DNA of 33,887 bases from Octopus bimaculoides (lineage: Eukaryota): NCBI RefSeq assembly GCF_001194135.2, contig NC_068984.1:113873563-113907449 (forward strand). Reading direction: 5' to 3'. The first letter of the stretch is position 1. Every line of letters starts with the position of its first letter. The notes below the pieces were generated by a model. The model was not told where the DNA came from, ran no database searches, and worked only from the letters and a program-made list of their open reading frames with translations. Below are positions 1 through 11,732 of this stretch, piece after piece. The translations under genes were made by a program, and so were the position numbers.

Positions 1-39
<39 letters not shown>

Positions 40-210
40 ATATATATATACATATATATATAAATATATATATATACATATATATACATATATATATATA
101 TATACTTATATATACAGATACATATATATATACATGTATATATATACTTATATATACAGATACATATATATACGTATATATATATATATATGTATGTATG
201 TATGTATAAA
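1..210. repeat. (TA)n-based compound microsatellite
   Basis: Near-pure TA dinucleotide run with interspersed CA/TG variants. Confidence 0.95.
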
Positions 211-424
211 CATACACAAACATATACATATCTATGTATTTATGTAATTATACATTTATATATGTATGGCTCGCCCGAAAGGGATGGTTTACAATGAATG
301 AAGTTATCTATATAGTAAACTCAATTTAGATGTCGTAACGAAAACTTCCTGAAAAATAGACCTTGTCATTATCTATAAATAACAAATATCTCTTGATAGA
401 TCTTTCTTAATTCCATAACATATT

Positions 425-460
<36 letters not shown>

Positions 461-724
461 NNNNNNNNNNNNNNNNNNNNNNNNNNNNNNNNNNNNNNNN
501 NNNNNNNNNNNNNNNNNNNNNNNNNNNNNNNNNNNNNNNNNNNNNNNNNNNNNNNNNNNNNNNNNNNNNNNNNNNNNNNNNNNNNNNNNNNNNNNNNNNN
601 NNNNNNNNNNNNNNNNNNNNNNNNNNNNNNNNNNNNNNNNNNNNNNNNNNNNNNNNNNNNNNNNNNNNNNNNNNNNNNNTATATACCTATACCTATATTC
701 ATACACGTATGTAGGTGTGTGTAT

Positions 725-767
<43 letters not shown>

Positions 768-1516
768 AGGTTTGTATTTTCTCTTTCTATCAGATGCACT
801 TTGTGTGACTTTATATAATATCTGCAACATATTATCTCTCGAACAATGAAACTCTTCTCTTTCGCCGTATTGCTATTTCTTAAAATGTATCCTATTATTT
901 CATTACATTGTCATTTCCTGACTTTTACTCGAAACAAATATATATATATATATATTCGTATATTTTTATATATCTTCCTTTTTCGATGTAATCTGGTGGT
1001 TTATAGCAATGTCAGATTCCCAGTATGATTTTTATTACGTCTTTTACAATAAATCCCATTTGGAATGCGTCCATAACATTTTTGCCTATATGTTTTGGTT
1101 TTTGTTTTATTTTTATCTTTTCTACTAGCAGTGCAATACTACCATTATTTTAAAGATCTCGTTACATAATTGTGTCATTTCTAATATCCATCCAGAAGAA
1201 ATCACTACAGATTCGTATAACGTACTCGATTCATGATTTAAATTTCGAATTTTATGTCTAATGAAATCGAAATGCCATCGAGGTCCATATATATATAACA
1301 CTGCGCTATGCCGTGACTAAAAATGTTAAATTTTCAACCGATCGATTTATTCAGATGTTAATAGGTTCAATGGTTACGTACAGCACATTGTTTCAATCAT
1401 TAAGTGCAATCCATAATATACAAGTGTTCAGCTATTTTCGTTCATTTCATTTCGTTTTTGCGTGTGTAGGTGTGTGTAGGTGTGTGTACGTGTGTGTGTG
1501 TGTACGTGTGTACGTG

Positions 1517-1548
<32 letters not shown>

Positions 1549-1570
1549 TGCGTGCGTGTGTGTGTGTGTG

Positions 1571-1999
1571 TGTAGTTAAGAAGCTTACTTCACAAGCATG
1601 CGATCTTGGGTTCAGTTTCACTGCGTTACACGTCGTGCAATGTCTTCTACTATAACCTTATTCCGACCAAAGCATTGTGAGTGCATTTCGTAAAGGGAAA
1701 TTGAAAAAAGCTTGTGTATATATATATATGTATGTGTGTGTGTCTGTGTGTATATCTATGTATATGCATCACTATGAGCGTTTGTGTGGTGTATATGTAT
1801 CTTACTGTTTGTGCTTTGTGTGTCCTCTGCTGCCGGTATTGGTTTGCTTATATCTCTGTAAATTAATTGCTTTGGCAAAAGCAACCAATAGAAGAAGTAC
1901 CAGGTTTTAAAATAAATACCGGGTACGTTTTGATCAACTAATCCATTCAGTGCGGTGCCCCAGTATGGGAACAATCCAGTGAGTGAAACAAATAGATAA
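1571..1999 (+). mobile_element. tRNA-derived SINE, family 1, diverged near-full-length copy
   Basis: Collinear with the 6703-7119 copy: head (ttaagaagctt...gggttcagt), ccgaccaaagc-ttgtgagt core, central (TA/TG)n tract, tail gcggtgccccagtatgg...gagtgaaacaa. Confidence 0.75.
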
Positions 2000-2203
2000 T
2001 ACAGCGAAAGGAAACGCTAGACTTATGTTCTCCATGCACATTACATAGCCACATGTCATTGCATACTGACTTTATATAACAAGTCTTCATGTAAAGTAAT
2101 ATCCCTAGAATCCAATGGACCAAGCACTAATCTATCGATTCATCTACGTATTTCTGTAGTCAGTCTTAATATTTATCAACTGATTGTTTTTTATATACCA
2201 GTT

Positions 2204-2257
<54 letters not shown>

Positions 2258-3763
2258 NNNNNNNNNNNNNNNNNNNNNNNNNNNNNNNNNNNNNNNNNNN
2301 NNNNNNNNNNNNNNNNNNNNNNNNNNNNNNNNNNNNNNNNNNNNNNNNNNNNNNNNNNNNNNNNNNNNNNNNNNNNNNNNNNNNNNNNNNNNNNNNNNNN
2401 NNNNNNNNNNNNNNNNNNNNNNNNNNNNNNNNNNNNNNNNNNNNNNNNNNNNNNNNNNNNNNNNNNNNNNNNNNNNNNNNNNNNNNNNNNNNNNNNNNNN
2501 NNNNNNNNNNNNNNNNNNNNNNNNNNNNNNNNNNNNNNNNNNNNNNNNNNNNNNNNNNNNNNNNNNNNNNNNNNNNNNNNNNNNNNNNNNNNNNNNNNNN
2601 NNNNNNNNNNNNNNNNNNNNNNNNNNNNNNNNNNNNNNNNNNNNNNNNNNNNNNNNNNNNNNNNNNNNNNNNNNNNNNNNNNNNNNNNNNNNNNNNNNNN
2701 NNNNNNNNNNNNNNNNNNNNNNNNNNNNNNNNNNNNNNNNNNNNNNNNNNNNNNNNNNNNNNNNNNNNNNNNNNNNNNNNNNNNNNNNNNNNNNNNNNNN
2801 NNNNNNNNNNNNNNNNNNNNNNNNNNNNNNNNNNNNNNNNNNNNNNNNNNATATATATATATATATATATACACGCTCACACAGAAAGAGAGAGAGAGAT
2901 TACACTGTGTAACAAACTTTTCATTTTTTATTTGTTTCTACCTAGAAATCAAAGGAAATCTATACTATTCCCTTCAAACTTTGCTTTTGAGATTCGGAGA
3001 TCAATGTCTTGAAACTGACCTATTTTCCATTACATTTCAGACATACTCAGCACTGAGTTGCCGAAGCAGAAATCTCATTATAGCAAGCATTCTCCTCAAT
3101 ATCACAGATTTGCTTGTTAATTGCTTGATCGTAACCACTTGACCATGTCCCTTAGTGGCTGACCATATGTGCACCACTGATCGTGAGTAGGAGTAGTGGG
3201 GGAGCATCATAGCCATATGTTCAGAGAGATTCTTTGGGGTTTGGATAAATGTAACAAATGTAAATTTTGGAAGAAATATTAGCCATTTTACATACTTTCT
3301 TGTAATAAGCAAATACGAAATAACAGTTGCTACTCAAGGATAAAGATAGTGTTACACTAGTTGTTTCAGTTACATTATGAATCCCCAACGAGTTTAGACT
3401 GGATCTCCTAAAGACAATGTAAACTTCATATAACCAAGTTATCCTCGGCCTGAAGAGTAGTTTGCGGTCTACCCCTGGTTTGGATAATTTACTACTACTA
3501 AGGTTTCGCTAGTTATGAAACATAGGTAGCCTGAATTTTATCTACTCTATTCCCTAATTTTTGGATGTTTATTCGCAGATACAACAACCCCAGTTAACTT
3601 TTTTTCAGTTTATCGTACTTCGATACGGGAAAAATTTCCAACCTTCTGCGCCAATAAACCACTATTGTTCCTGAAAGTTGCTTTTTATACCATCTACGGA
3701 TTGCTTGAAGCTCACTAACTTCCTACACCTTGATCCTTGTATCTTACCTTTACACACACACAT

Positions 3764-3814
<51 letters not shown>

Positions 3815-4044
3815 AAACTATGTGAAAGCTCATTGTGTGTATATATATATCAATGTAACCTCGTGTATATCGTTGGCGATTTATTTTTCCTCCGTCTTCC
3901 CTTCTTTGGACTTTCCTATATTTCCGACGAAGAGCTCCGCTCGAAACGTCAAATTCTCTTTCTTCCCTTACCTGAGCGTCCAGTAACACAATATCTGTAT
4001 CACGTCCTCGCGTTGTTGCATTTTGCCGTTTTTCTTGTTTGAAC

Positions 4045-4111
<67 letters not shown>

Positions 4112-4116
4112 GAATG

Positions 4117-4237
4117 TACGACGGACCTTCACACAGTTCCCGTTTACCAGACTCCGTCAAGTCATTGGTTGGCCTGGAGCTATAGTAGAAACCACTTGTT
4201 CAAGGTGCCATACAGCGGGACTGAACCCGAAACCACA
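4117..4237 (-). mobile_element. SINE family 1, 5' half
   Basis: Reverse complement matches the head/core of the 6703 copy (gggttcagtcccgctg..ggcaccttgaacaagtgg..ctactatagc) and ends in a (CA)(TA) microsatellite. Confidence 0.8.
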
Positions 4238-6406
4238 ATATATAAATAATTTGTGTTGTATGTGTATGTTTCCTATGTTTGTAAATAGTAAACTGCTTCG
4301 CTCAAACTTGCAGGTAAAGAAAATTTCATCTAAACATATTTTCTATATTCAATGTTATTGTAACTACATACAAGAGATCGTTTTACTTTTCTTCTTAAAC
4401 AGTTCTTTAAATATAACTAGTTCGATGTAGTTATTGTCAATTAATCTTGCTAAATATTATCATCATGGCTGCCGTTTTCATCATCATGATGTTATTTTGC
4501 TTATTGTTAATATTCATTTTACTTTCTATATGTCTTTACGAAATCACACGGTATTTCTCTTCCACTGGAAAGTTTTCAGTCCATCTTTTTTGTTAAGTTC
4601 TTATCTCGTCTCTTTTCATTGTAGGGTTATATACAGAAGAATATATAATTAATGATTACAACATTAGGAACATTAAACAGTAAGAAATATGTTCACATAT
4701 ATGTGGTTACATAAAAATCAATAGTAGTAGATTCCATATTTAATGAGGGCTCGTCAACGCGACGTAATCGTTTCATAACTTGTCGAAATATTAACGGTCT
4801 AGCGCCTGAAATAAGTATAATAAATTTCATATGAAAAAGAAAGAATTTAAATTATTCTATACTTCATATTGCTTTTTTTTTTATTTTTGTTGTTTTCTTC
4901 TTTTACAATATATTTTTAATATTAGTTATTAGTTTTGTTATTTCTTTATGATAATAGTGATATAAACGTTGGTTGGTTGGTTGAATTCTCCAGTTACGTT
5001 TTATATCGTATAGAGGAGGAACTGAGAGAGAGAGAGAGAAAGAGTAAAAGAGTGATAAAAGAAGGCTTGGTGGCAGGCAATGAGTTCATGAGCACTACGC
5101 ATGATGATAGAGAAAAAATCATAGACAAGAAGAGCAGTAGCAGCAGGGGGTGGAGCAGCAGGAGGAGCAGCAGGAACAGGTGTAAATAACAGAGAAATAG
5201 ATATTTTTCCCTTACAAATTAGCATTGATTTCATCATTTTGCATTAGCACTAACAAATTTGATAAAAGTTGTATATATACCATATTTCCTAATATTGCCC
5301 ATGGTGGCAAAAGTATATTTCCAAAGTTGTCTGTCATACGACGAATAACTCTGATATCCTAAGAATTAAAAACACTGATTTAGTTACATAAATATAAATG
5401 ATTAATGTCATTATATACAACATCACCGTTATAAATACTGGGAGGACTGTGTATTCAACGAGTGTTTCTTTGGCTTTGTATTGCTATTTCCAGTTATCTT
5501 AATGAGTTTTCGATAAAATAAAAGTTTTCATACAACGAAAGTTTTTCTTCCCTCAGTTGTATTGACATTGCCTCAATCAAAATGAATACGCTATGAAATA
5601 CTTTCTTTCACCAAGATATTAATCTACTAAGTTCTCTGTATTTTCTATATTGATTTACAATTGATATTTTCTCTCTCTCTATTTTCGTTCCGTTGGGATT
5701 CTTCACTAGTTTTTGTTTCGTCACACAAACATTGGACGCAGATCTTTTTAATTTCATACATATCAGAAAATACAGAAACCTCCTTTCTTTTTTTTTTCTC
5801 TCTTTCATTCTTTCACTCACTCCCTTTCTCTCTCGATCTATCTATATCCTTCCTTGTTCTCTACCAACTTTTTAAAGTTATTTCCATATTATATACGTGT
5901 CGAGAAAAATGAACGCTATCAAAGCACACAGTTATATAATATATATTGTGGTACATTAGTCTAATGTCAAACATACGTTTATGCGCGTGCGTGTGTGTAT
6001 GTGTGTGTGCATATGTGTGTGTACGTATGCGCGTGTATGTGTGTGCATGCGTATGTGTGTGTACATATGTGTGTGTGTGTATGTGAGAATGTAACTGACA
6101 ACGTGCAAACGGAAATAACTATTAAAAACAACTCAGAACTGGTAGAAGAGTAATTCTTTTTGAAGTAAAAGCTAACGCTGAATAAATTCAAGAATATTCT
6201 ATGGTGCCATATTTCAAATTTCCGGAAATAGTGCGCTCATACATATAAATGTAAACAGACCCTGGGTGAAAGGGCGTAGCTGAAAATAGCAGAAACACGT
6301 GTCGATACTTGCAGAAACACGTGTCGGTTGTATAAACGAATTATGTCATATGATTAACTGGAAAATAAAAATTGAAAGAAAAAATATGTATTCTTTNNNN
6401 NNNNNN

Positions 6407-6449
<43 letters not shown>

Positions 6450-6487
6450 GAGCTTATTGTATACAGTACTCAGTCGAAAAAGACTGA

Positions 6488-6673
6488 AAGGAGAAACAGA
6501 CAACAGCAATAAATCAAGTAAAGAAAGTCAGTGATAGTAGCCAAGAGTATATTCGCAATACACAGGAAGCAACAAAAGAAGGCACAAAAGGGAACAATAA
6601 AAGAGTCATGAAAAGCAAAAGGTGCAATGGCACTTCAGGAATAGCATTGAAGAATTTCGACGCGTACGAGTAA
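6488..6673 (+). pseudogene. possible ancient LINE ORF2 remnant
   Basis: Stop-free A-rich frame reading ...EATKEGTKGNNKRVMKSKRCNGTSGIALKNF, loosely like the non-LTR RT N-terminal motif ITxEEVxxAIxxMKxxKAPGPxGI. Similarity judged by eye only. Confidence 0.25.
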
Positions 6674-6702
6674 ATTACAAAGAATAACCGTAAAAAAAAT
6701 TC

Positions 6703-6870
6703 GCAGGAGTGGCTGTGTGGTAAGTAGCTTGCTTACCAACCACATGGTTCCGGATTCAGTCCCACTGCGTGGCACTTTGAGCAAGTGTCTTCTACTATAG
6801 CCTCGGGCCGACCAAAGCCTTGTGAGTAGATTTGGTAGACGGAAACTGAATGAAGCCCGTCGTATATATG

Positions 6871-6909
<39 letters not shown>

Positions 6910-7119
6910 TTGTGTGTCTGTGTTTGTACCCCCACCATCGCTTGACAACTGATGCTCGTGTGTTTACGTCCCCGTAACTTAGCAGTTCGGCAAAAAGGGA
7001 CCGATAGAATAAGTACTAGGCTTACAAAGAATAAGTCCTGGGGTCGATTTGCTCGATTAATGCGGTGCTCCAGCATGGCCGCATTCAAATGACTGAAACA
7101 CGTAAAAGAGTAAAAGAGT
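6703..7119 (+). mobile_element. tRNA-derived SINE, family 1, full-length copy
   Basis: Pol III A-box-like tggctgtgtgg and B-box-like gattcagtccc, conserved core, internal (TA)n(TG)n, 3' tail gactgaaacacgtaaaagagtaaaagag. At least 7 other partial or full copies occur in the window. Confidence 0.9.
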
Positions 7120-7756
7120 ATTGTAAAATTCTTACATGCAATATTCAGAAACACTTATTAAAAGGCACAGAATTCTATAGAGACATATTTTAATACCGAT
7201 TAAAACATTATTGATATAAATAAGATGCAGAAATATAATACAGAAATTTTATAGCAGTATTAAAAGGTTCTGAAGTATCAACAGTCTTTTTTCAAGAAGT
7301 AGTGAAGCTATTGTATTAAAAAAAAAAACGTCTCCTAACGAGTACGAATCTGTGTATTTCTTAATAAATATTCATGGAAGTGTTTACAAGAATAAACAAA
7401 TTCCGATCTTGTTTTGTCTTTGTTTTCTGCTGTTGTTTATGTTTTTGTTTTTGATGTTTTTTCAGCATAAGAAAAAGCCATGAAATATTGTATTTTACCA
7501 GAACGGCATGTTTAATGTTGAATTTTTCAACCTTGAATCATCTTTAAAATAAACTGATGCCAAAGGGATATACTTTCATATGATAATCACTACTTTATTA
7601 TTGAAATAAAATTATTGTAAATGCAACTGGAAAACAAACAACTTCAGACTTCTTTAGCGTAGACCATCAACTTAAAAATTAGAGCCATTTTAATACTATC
7701 ACCGTTTATGCCACTCCCGAGTCTCACAGGCCATCATAGGTCCAACACACCACCCT

Positions 7757-8420
7757 TAGTCCCCGCATGTCTCCCTATGCCTTATATCTACCTCTAGACT
7801 CTACATGCCTCACTAGATCCCACATGCCTTTCTGGGCCCCGAATGATGCTAGTCCTCGCATGTCTCCCTATTCCCCACATGTACCTCAAGACTCCACATA
7901 CCTTCTTGGACTCCGAACGGTGCTAGTCCCCGTATGTCTTCCTATGCCTCACATGTACCTCTAGTTACCACATGCCTTCCTGGACCCCGAACGATGCTAC
8001 TCCCTGCATGTTTCCCTGTGTCCCCCATGTGCCTCTAGACTCCACATGCCTCACTAGATTCCACATGCCTTTCTGGACTCCAATTGACGCTAGTCTTCGC
8101 ATGTTTCCCTATGTACCTCTAGACACTATATGTACCTCTAGACCCACATGACCCCAAATGATGCTAGTCCCCGCGTGTCTCCCTACGCCCCACATGTACC
8201 TCTAGACCCCACATACCTTCCTGAACCCCGAATGATTGTAGTCCACGCATGTCTCCCTATGTCTCCCATGTACCTCTAGACTCCACATGCCTCACTGGAC
8301 CCCCACCTGCCTTTCTGGGCTCTGCATGTACCTCTAGATTCCACTTGCCTCACTACACTCCACGTACCTTCCTAGATCCCCTAAATGCTCCGTCTCTAGA
8401 TTCCACATACTCCACAGACT
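7757..8420. repeat. C-rich minisatellite with higher-order (93+74+74 = 241 bp) structure
   Basis: Unit starts (tagtcc-like) at 7757, 7850, 7924, 7998, 8091, 8165 and 8239; internal ~19-bp subunit ccacatg..cct.tagac. Confidence 0.9.
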
Positions 8421-9074
8421 TCATTTGCTCGCTATTGAGTTGACCACTGCTACTCGAGCTGTGGTTTTAATTTAGGTCCTTACCTTTAATGTGATACCAA
8501 AAAGTAAATGTTTACATGATTATGAAATGGAAATTAAATTTTGCCAAACTCGGCATCCCACTGTTAAAGATTCTTATTAATTTTGACAGAAATTAGTCTT
8601 AATTACAATGTGAGTGAGTTATTCAATATTAGCTCAGAACATTTCTGCTGAACTGCAGAAACCTGCAAATTAACCATTACTGATTACGTGGAAAAATCAC
8701 TCAACTTTGCAAATCACGTTCATAATTGATTTCTTGGAATGTATTCAGAACTTTACACGAATCTATGATCATGCTACTGTTGATAAATGAATGCAATAAA
8801 TGGTGGAAGCAAGAGGGGGTCTGTTGTCTCCATGTTCTCCTGTTTTGTGTAGTAGCAAGCAACGTAGAATTGGTGACAGACTTGGAGCGCGACTAAATAC
8901 GTAGTTGAAACCATCTTATTTCCTTCTACACTAATAATGACTTTGAAAGAGGCGTTGACGTTTCATACCACTCCCGCTTCACGAAAATATGCGGGGGATT
9001 TTCTGTTCAGTCAAAAGCATTAATGCACCAATATTACTCTTGAGATGCCTCTATCTGACAGTTCGACTTTCTGT

Positions 9075-9150
9075 AAATCGCAACCAAATCTCTCTCAATT
9101 TACACTCCACCTTTAAAAAAATTGGACGCATCAGATAATGTAACTCTGTA
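9075..9150 (+). repeat. dispersed repeat fragment (second copy at ~14150-14230)
   Basis: gcaaccaaa[t/c]ctctctcaa followed by cat..gataatgta..tc occurs at both 9080 and 14152. Confidence 0.55.
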
Positions 9151-9452
9151 ACTCTACATACATCTAAAAAAAAACAGCAGCAACATTCACATATAAATTT
9201 CCTTTGATTCGAGGTTTACTTCTTCGGGGTTGCCTCAGGGTTAACAAAAAGAAGCTTTTACAAGGAAAACGTTGACAGTGACTTTGAAATTTTAGTTTGT
9301 CTTCGTAAGTCTGATCTTTTTGGCAAGTTTTTTTTTTTTTTGATGGGGATAAACTCCTTGTAAAAGTTTATTAAACATGTACTCTAATTGAGTTCAATGT
9401 TATCGTGTTTGATTTTTTTTTTTGTATAAAACTTGACATAGAAACAAACATC

Positions 9453-9453
<1 letters not shown>

Positions 9454-9523
<70 letters not shown>
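9454..9523. repeat. (GATA)n microsatellite
   Basis: Pure AGAT tetranucleotide run. Confidence 0.97.
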
Positions 9524-10346
9524 GCTAGCCTTTCTGTTTATTTGACTATGGTATATATATACTTCAATGTATTGTATATACGTATGTGCATTTTGCGTAT
9601 ATGCGATGTGGTTTGGGTGGGTGGGTGCATGGATGCATGCGTGAGTTACACCTAAAAAACGGAATTAAATTCAATACTGAAAAACTTCAAAAATTCATTC
9701 GTCAATGTTTTCTTTATTGCCATTATTTACAGTAATGATTTTCTATCGCCTATTTAACGAACAGTTCACAGTGTCAGCACGAGCTGAATATATTGTCGAT
9801 TGAAAAATAACATCACTAACAGCAGAAGTGGAACTTTTGCCAGGCACCATACCGATCCTATTAGACTTATATACAAGTCAAATAACTATTTTTTCCTTCT
9901 TTGGAGGGTGGAGGTTAAATCAGATAAAGTCTTCAGAAATTGTGATTATTTTAGCGAAGATGGAGTTTTCAAGCGGTAAAGATTAATAGCAAACTTCCAG
10001 CTCAGTTATTATGTATTCTGAACTACTGCAGGGGCTCCACGCTGTCTCCTAGAAAGATATTCAATTATGTAACAGAAAAGACAAGTCACCTAATTTTCTT
10101 GTTTCGTCTCCAATCGCGAAAAGTGAAATAAATGATTCTGTTTATTCGAAATAGTGAAGAAGAATATGTTAGTTCTTTTATTTAAATATGTTCTTTGCCT
10201 TCCTTTGATTCTGATGCTTGTTTATAACATTCTTCGGGCCCCATATTTATTTCACTGCATTTATATTCCTGTAAAGATGTCAGTGTATGTATTTATATAT
10301 ATACATACACACACGTATAGATGTCAAAAAATATAAATTATATATA

Positions 10347-10386
<40 letters not shown>

Positions 10387-10460
10387 TGTATAAACGAAGC
10401 AAATAATTCACGAAAAAATAATTTGCGAAGATACCATTGACTCTGTTATTTTCAGCAGGT

Positions 10461-10546
10461 AGTAACGTGTGTGACATGTGATCGTCGCATTTAATATGAC
10501 AGAGAAAGTTGAGCAGAGAATTTGCATCAAATTTTGCCAAAAGCTG
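10461..10546 (+). mobile_element. mariner 5' fragment with transposase N-terminus
   Basis: ATG at 10496 reads MTEKVEQRICIKFCQKL, a mariner-type N-terminus (xEQRxxIKFC); the upstream sequence is homologous to the inverted copy at 10896-10946. Confidence 0.75.
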
Positions 10547-11105
10547 AAAGCAGTTTTGGCACAAACTTCGCAGACATGCGTCTAATACCCAAATCTTCAG
10601 TGATAATGGGCGACTGCACTGAACCGTAACTAATCTGTACATCCTCTGATAAGTCACAGGTTGTGATTCGACGATTTCCCCTCACAGCTGCATGCACATC
10701 TGCGCTGTTTTTCTCAGTTCTGCTGGTTGCGGGTCTCCCAGAACGTTCGTCAATATCGACGTTTTTTCGGCCATCTTGTACACTCGTACACTTGTGTGCG
10801 ACTCATACGCTCTCCATACATTTTCATACACTCTCATATACTCTCCATACAGTTTTTGCAACTTTGCGTAGATCTCTGAGCAGTTGTTGCCATAACAACT
10901 TTTTCCGACAAGGTCAATGCGACGATCGCACATTGCACACGTTACTTCCAAGCACTTCTGTAAATAGAGAAAGTTAGATAGAACGTTAAAATTTTGTGTG
11001 CATGCACAGCAGAGTTTAAGGTCAATTTGTGCCTAGCAGCTTCACACTGTGTGCTTTAGCTTCGTTACTATGGCAACAGTCAGGATACTTATTGATCAGA
11101 TCTCA
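10542..11105 (-). mobile_element. mariner 5' half with decayed transposase DNA-binding region
   Basis: Minus-strand frames give CSEIYAKLQKLYGE and QDGRKNVDIDERSGRPATSRTEKNSADVHAAVRGNRRITTCDLSEDVQISYGSVQSPIITEDLGIRRMSAKFVPKLLSA (ERSGRP linker; FVPKLL equivalent to the WVPHEL motif). A TIR-like end abuts a TA at 11106-11107. Confidence 0.85.
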
Positions 11106-11440
11106 TACATATATATATATATATATATATATANNNNNNNNNNNNNNNNNNNNNNNNNNNNNNNNNNNNNNNNNNNNNNNNNNNNNNNNNNNNNNNNNNN
11201 NNNNNNNNNNNNNNNNNNNNNNNNNNNNNNNNNNNNNNNNNNNNNNNNNNNNNNNNNNNNNNNNNNNNNNNNNNNNNNNNNNNNNNNNNNNNNNNNNNNN
11301 NNNNNNNNNNNNNNNNNNNNNNNNNNNNNNNNNNNNNNNNNNNNNNNNNNNNNNNNNNNNNNNNNNNNNNNNNNNNNNNNNNNNNNNNNNNNNNNNNNNN
11401 NNNNNNNNNNNNNNNNNNNNNNNNNNNNNNNNNNNNNNNN

Positions 11441-11590
11441 AGAATGTGCGACAAAATGCCTGGGTTATTTGTTCCGGCTCTGTATATTCTGAGTTCAAAT
11501 CCCGCCGTGGTGAACTTCCTTTCTCTCCTACCTGGGATGGATTAAACCCCTCACTTCAATATTGATTGCCTTATGCCTAAATCAGAAACG
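11441..11590 (+). mobile_element. SINE family 2 fragment
   Basis: gacaaaatgc...ttctgagttcaaatcccgccgtggtgaactt matches the family-2 copies at 16477-17209. Confidence 0.55.
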
Positions 11591-11643
11591 AAATATTCTT
11601 ATTAATTAAGGCGGAGGAATGAAAGAGTCGGATAAAATGTTTG

Positions 11644-11692
11644 AAGGTGGTGCTCGCAGTCAAATGACTGAAACGAGTAAAAGAGTAAAAGA

Positions 11693-11694
<2 letters not shown>
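11644..11694 (+). mobile_element. SINE family 1 3' tail fragment
   Basis: ggtggtgctc-gcagtcaaatgactgaaacgagtaaaagagtaaaagag matches the tail at 7060-7119. Confidence 0.75.

Positions 11695-11732
<38 letters not shown>

Noticed and set aside
3050-3300. GC-richer tract (gtggctgaccatatgtgcaccactgatcgtgag...) and ORF 3037-3312
   Set aside because: Probably an interspersed repeat, but there is no second copy in the window and no recognisable protein motif, so I cannot classify it.
3450-3472. CUGAAGA followed by a gtag/ctac hairpin (half hammerhead)
   Set aside because: The required GAAA after stem II is absent (ccct), so this is likely chance.
4935-5237. Overlapping ORFs with SSSSR/PAAPPAAPP content
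   Set aside because: They derive from (GA)n and (GCA/GGA)n low-complexity sequence.
7757-8420. CRISPR-like or coding-repeat reading of the tandem array
   Set aside because: There are no unique spacers, the context is eukaryotic, and the periods 74 and 241 are not multiples of 3.
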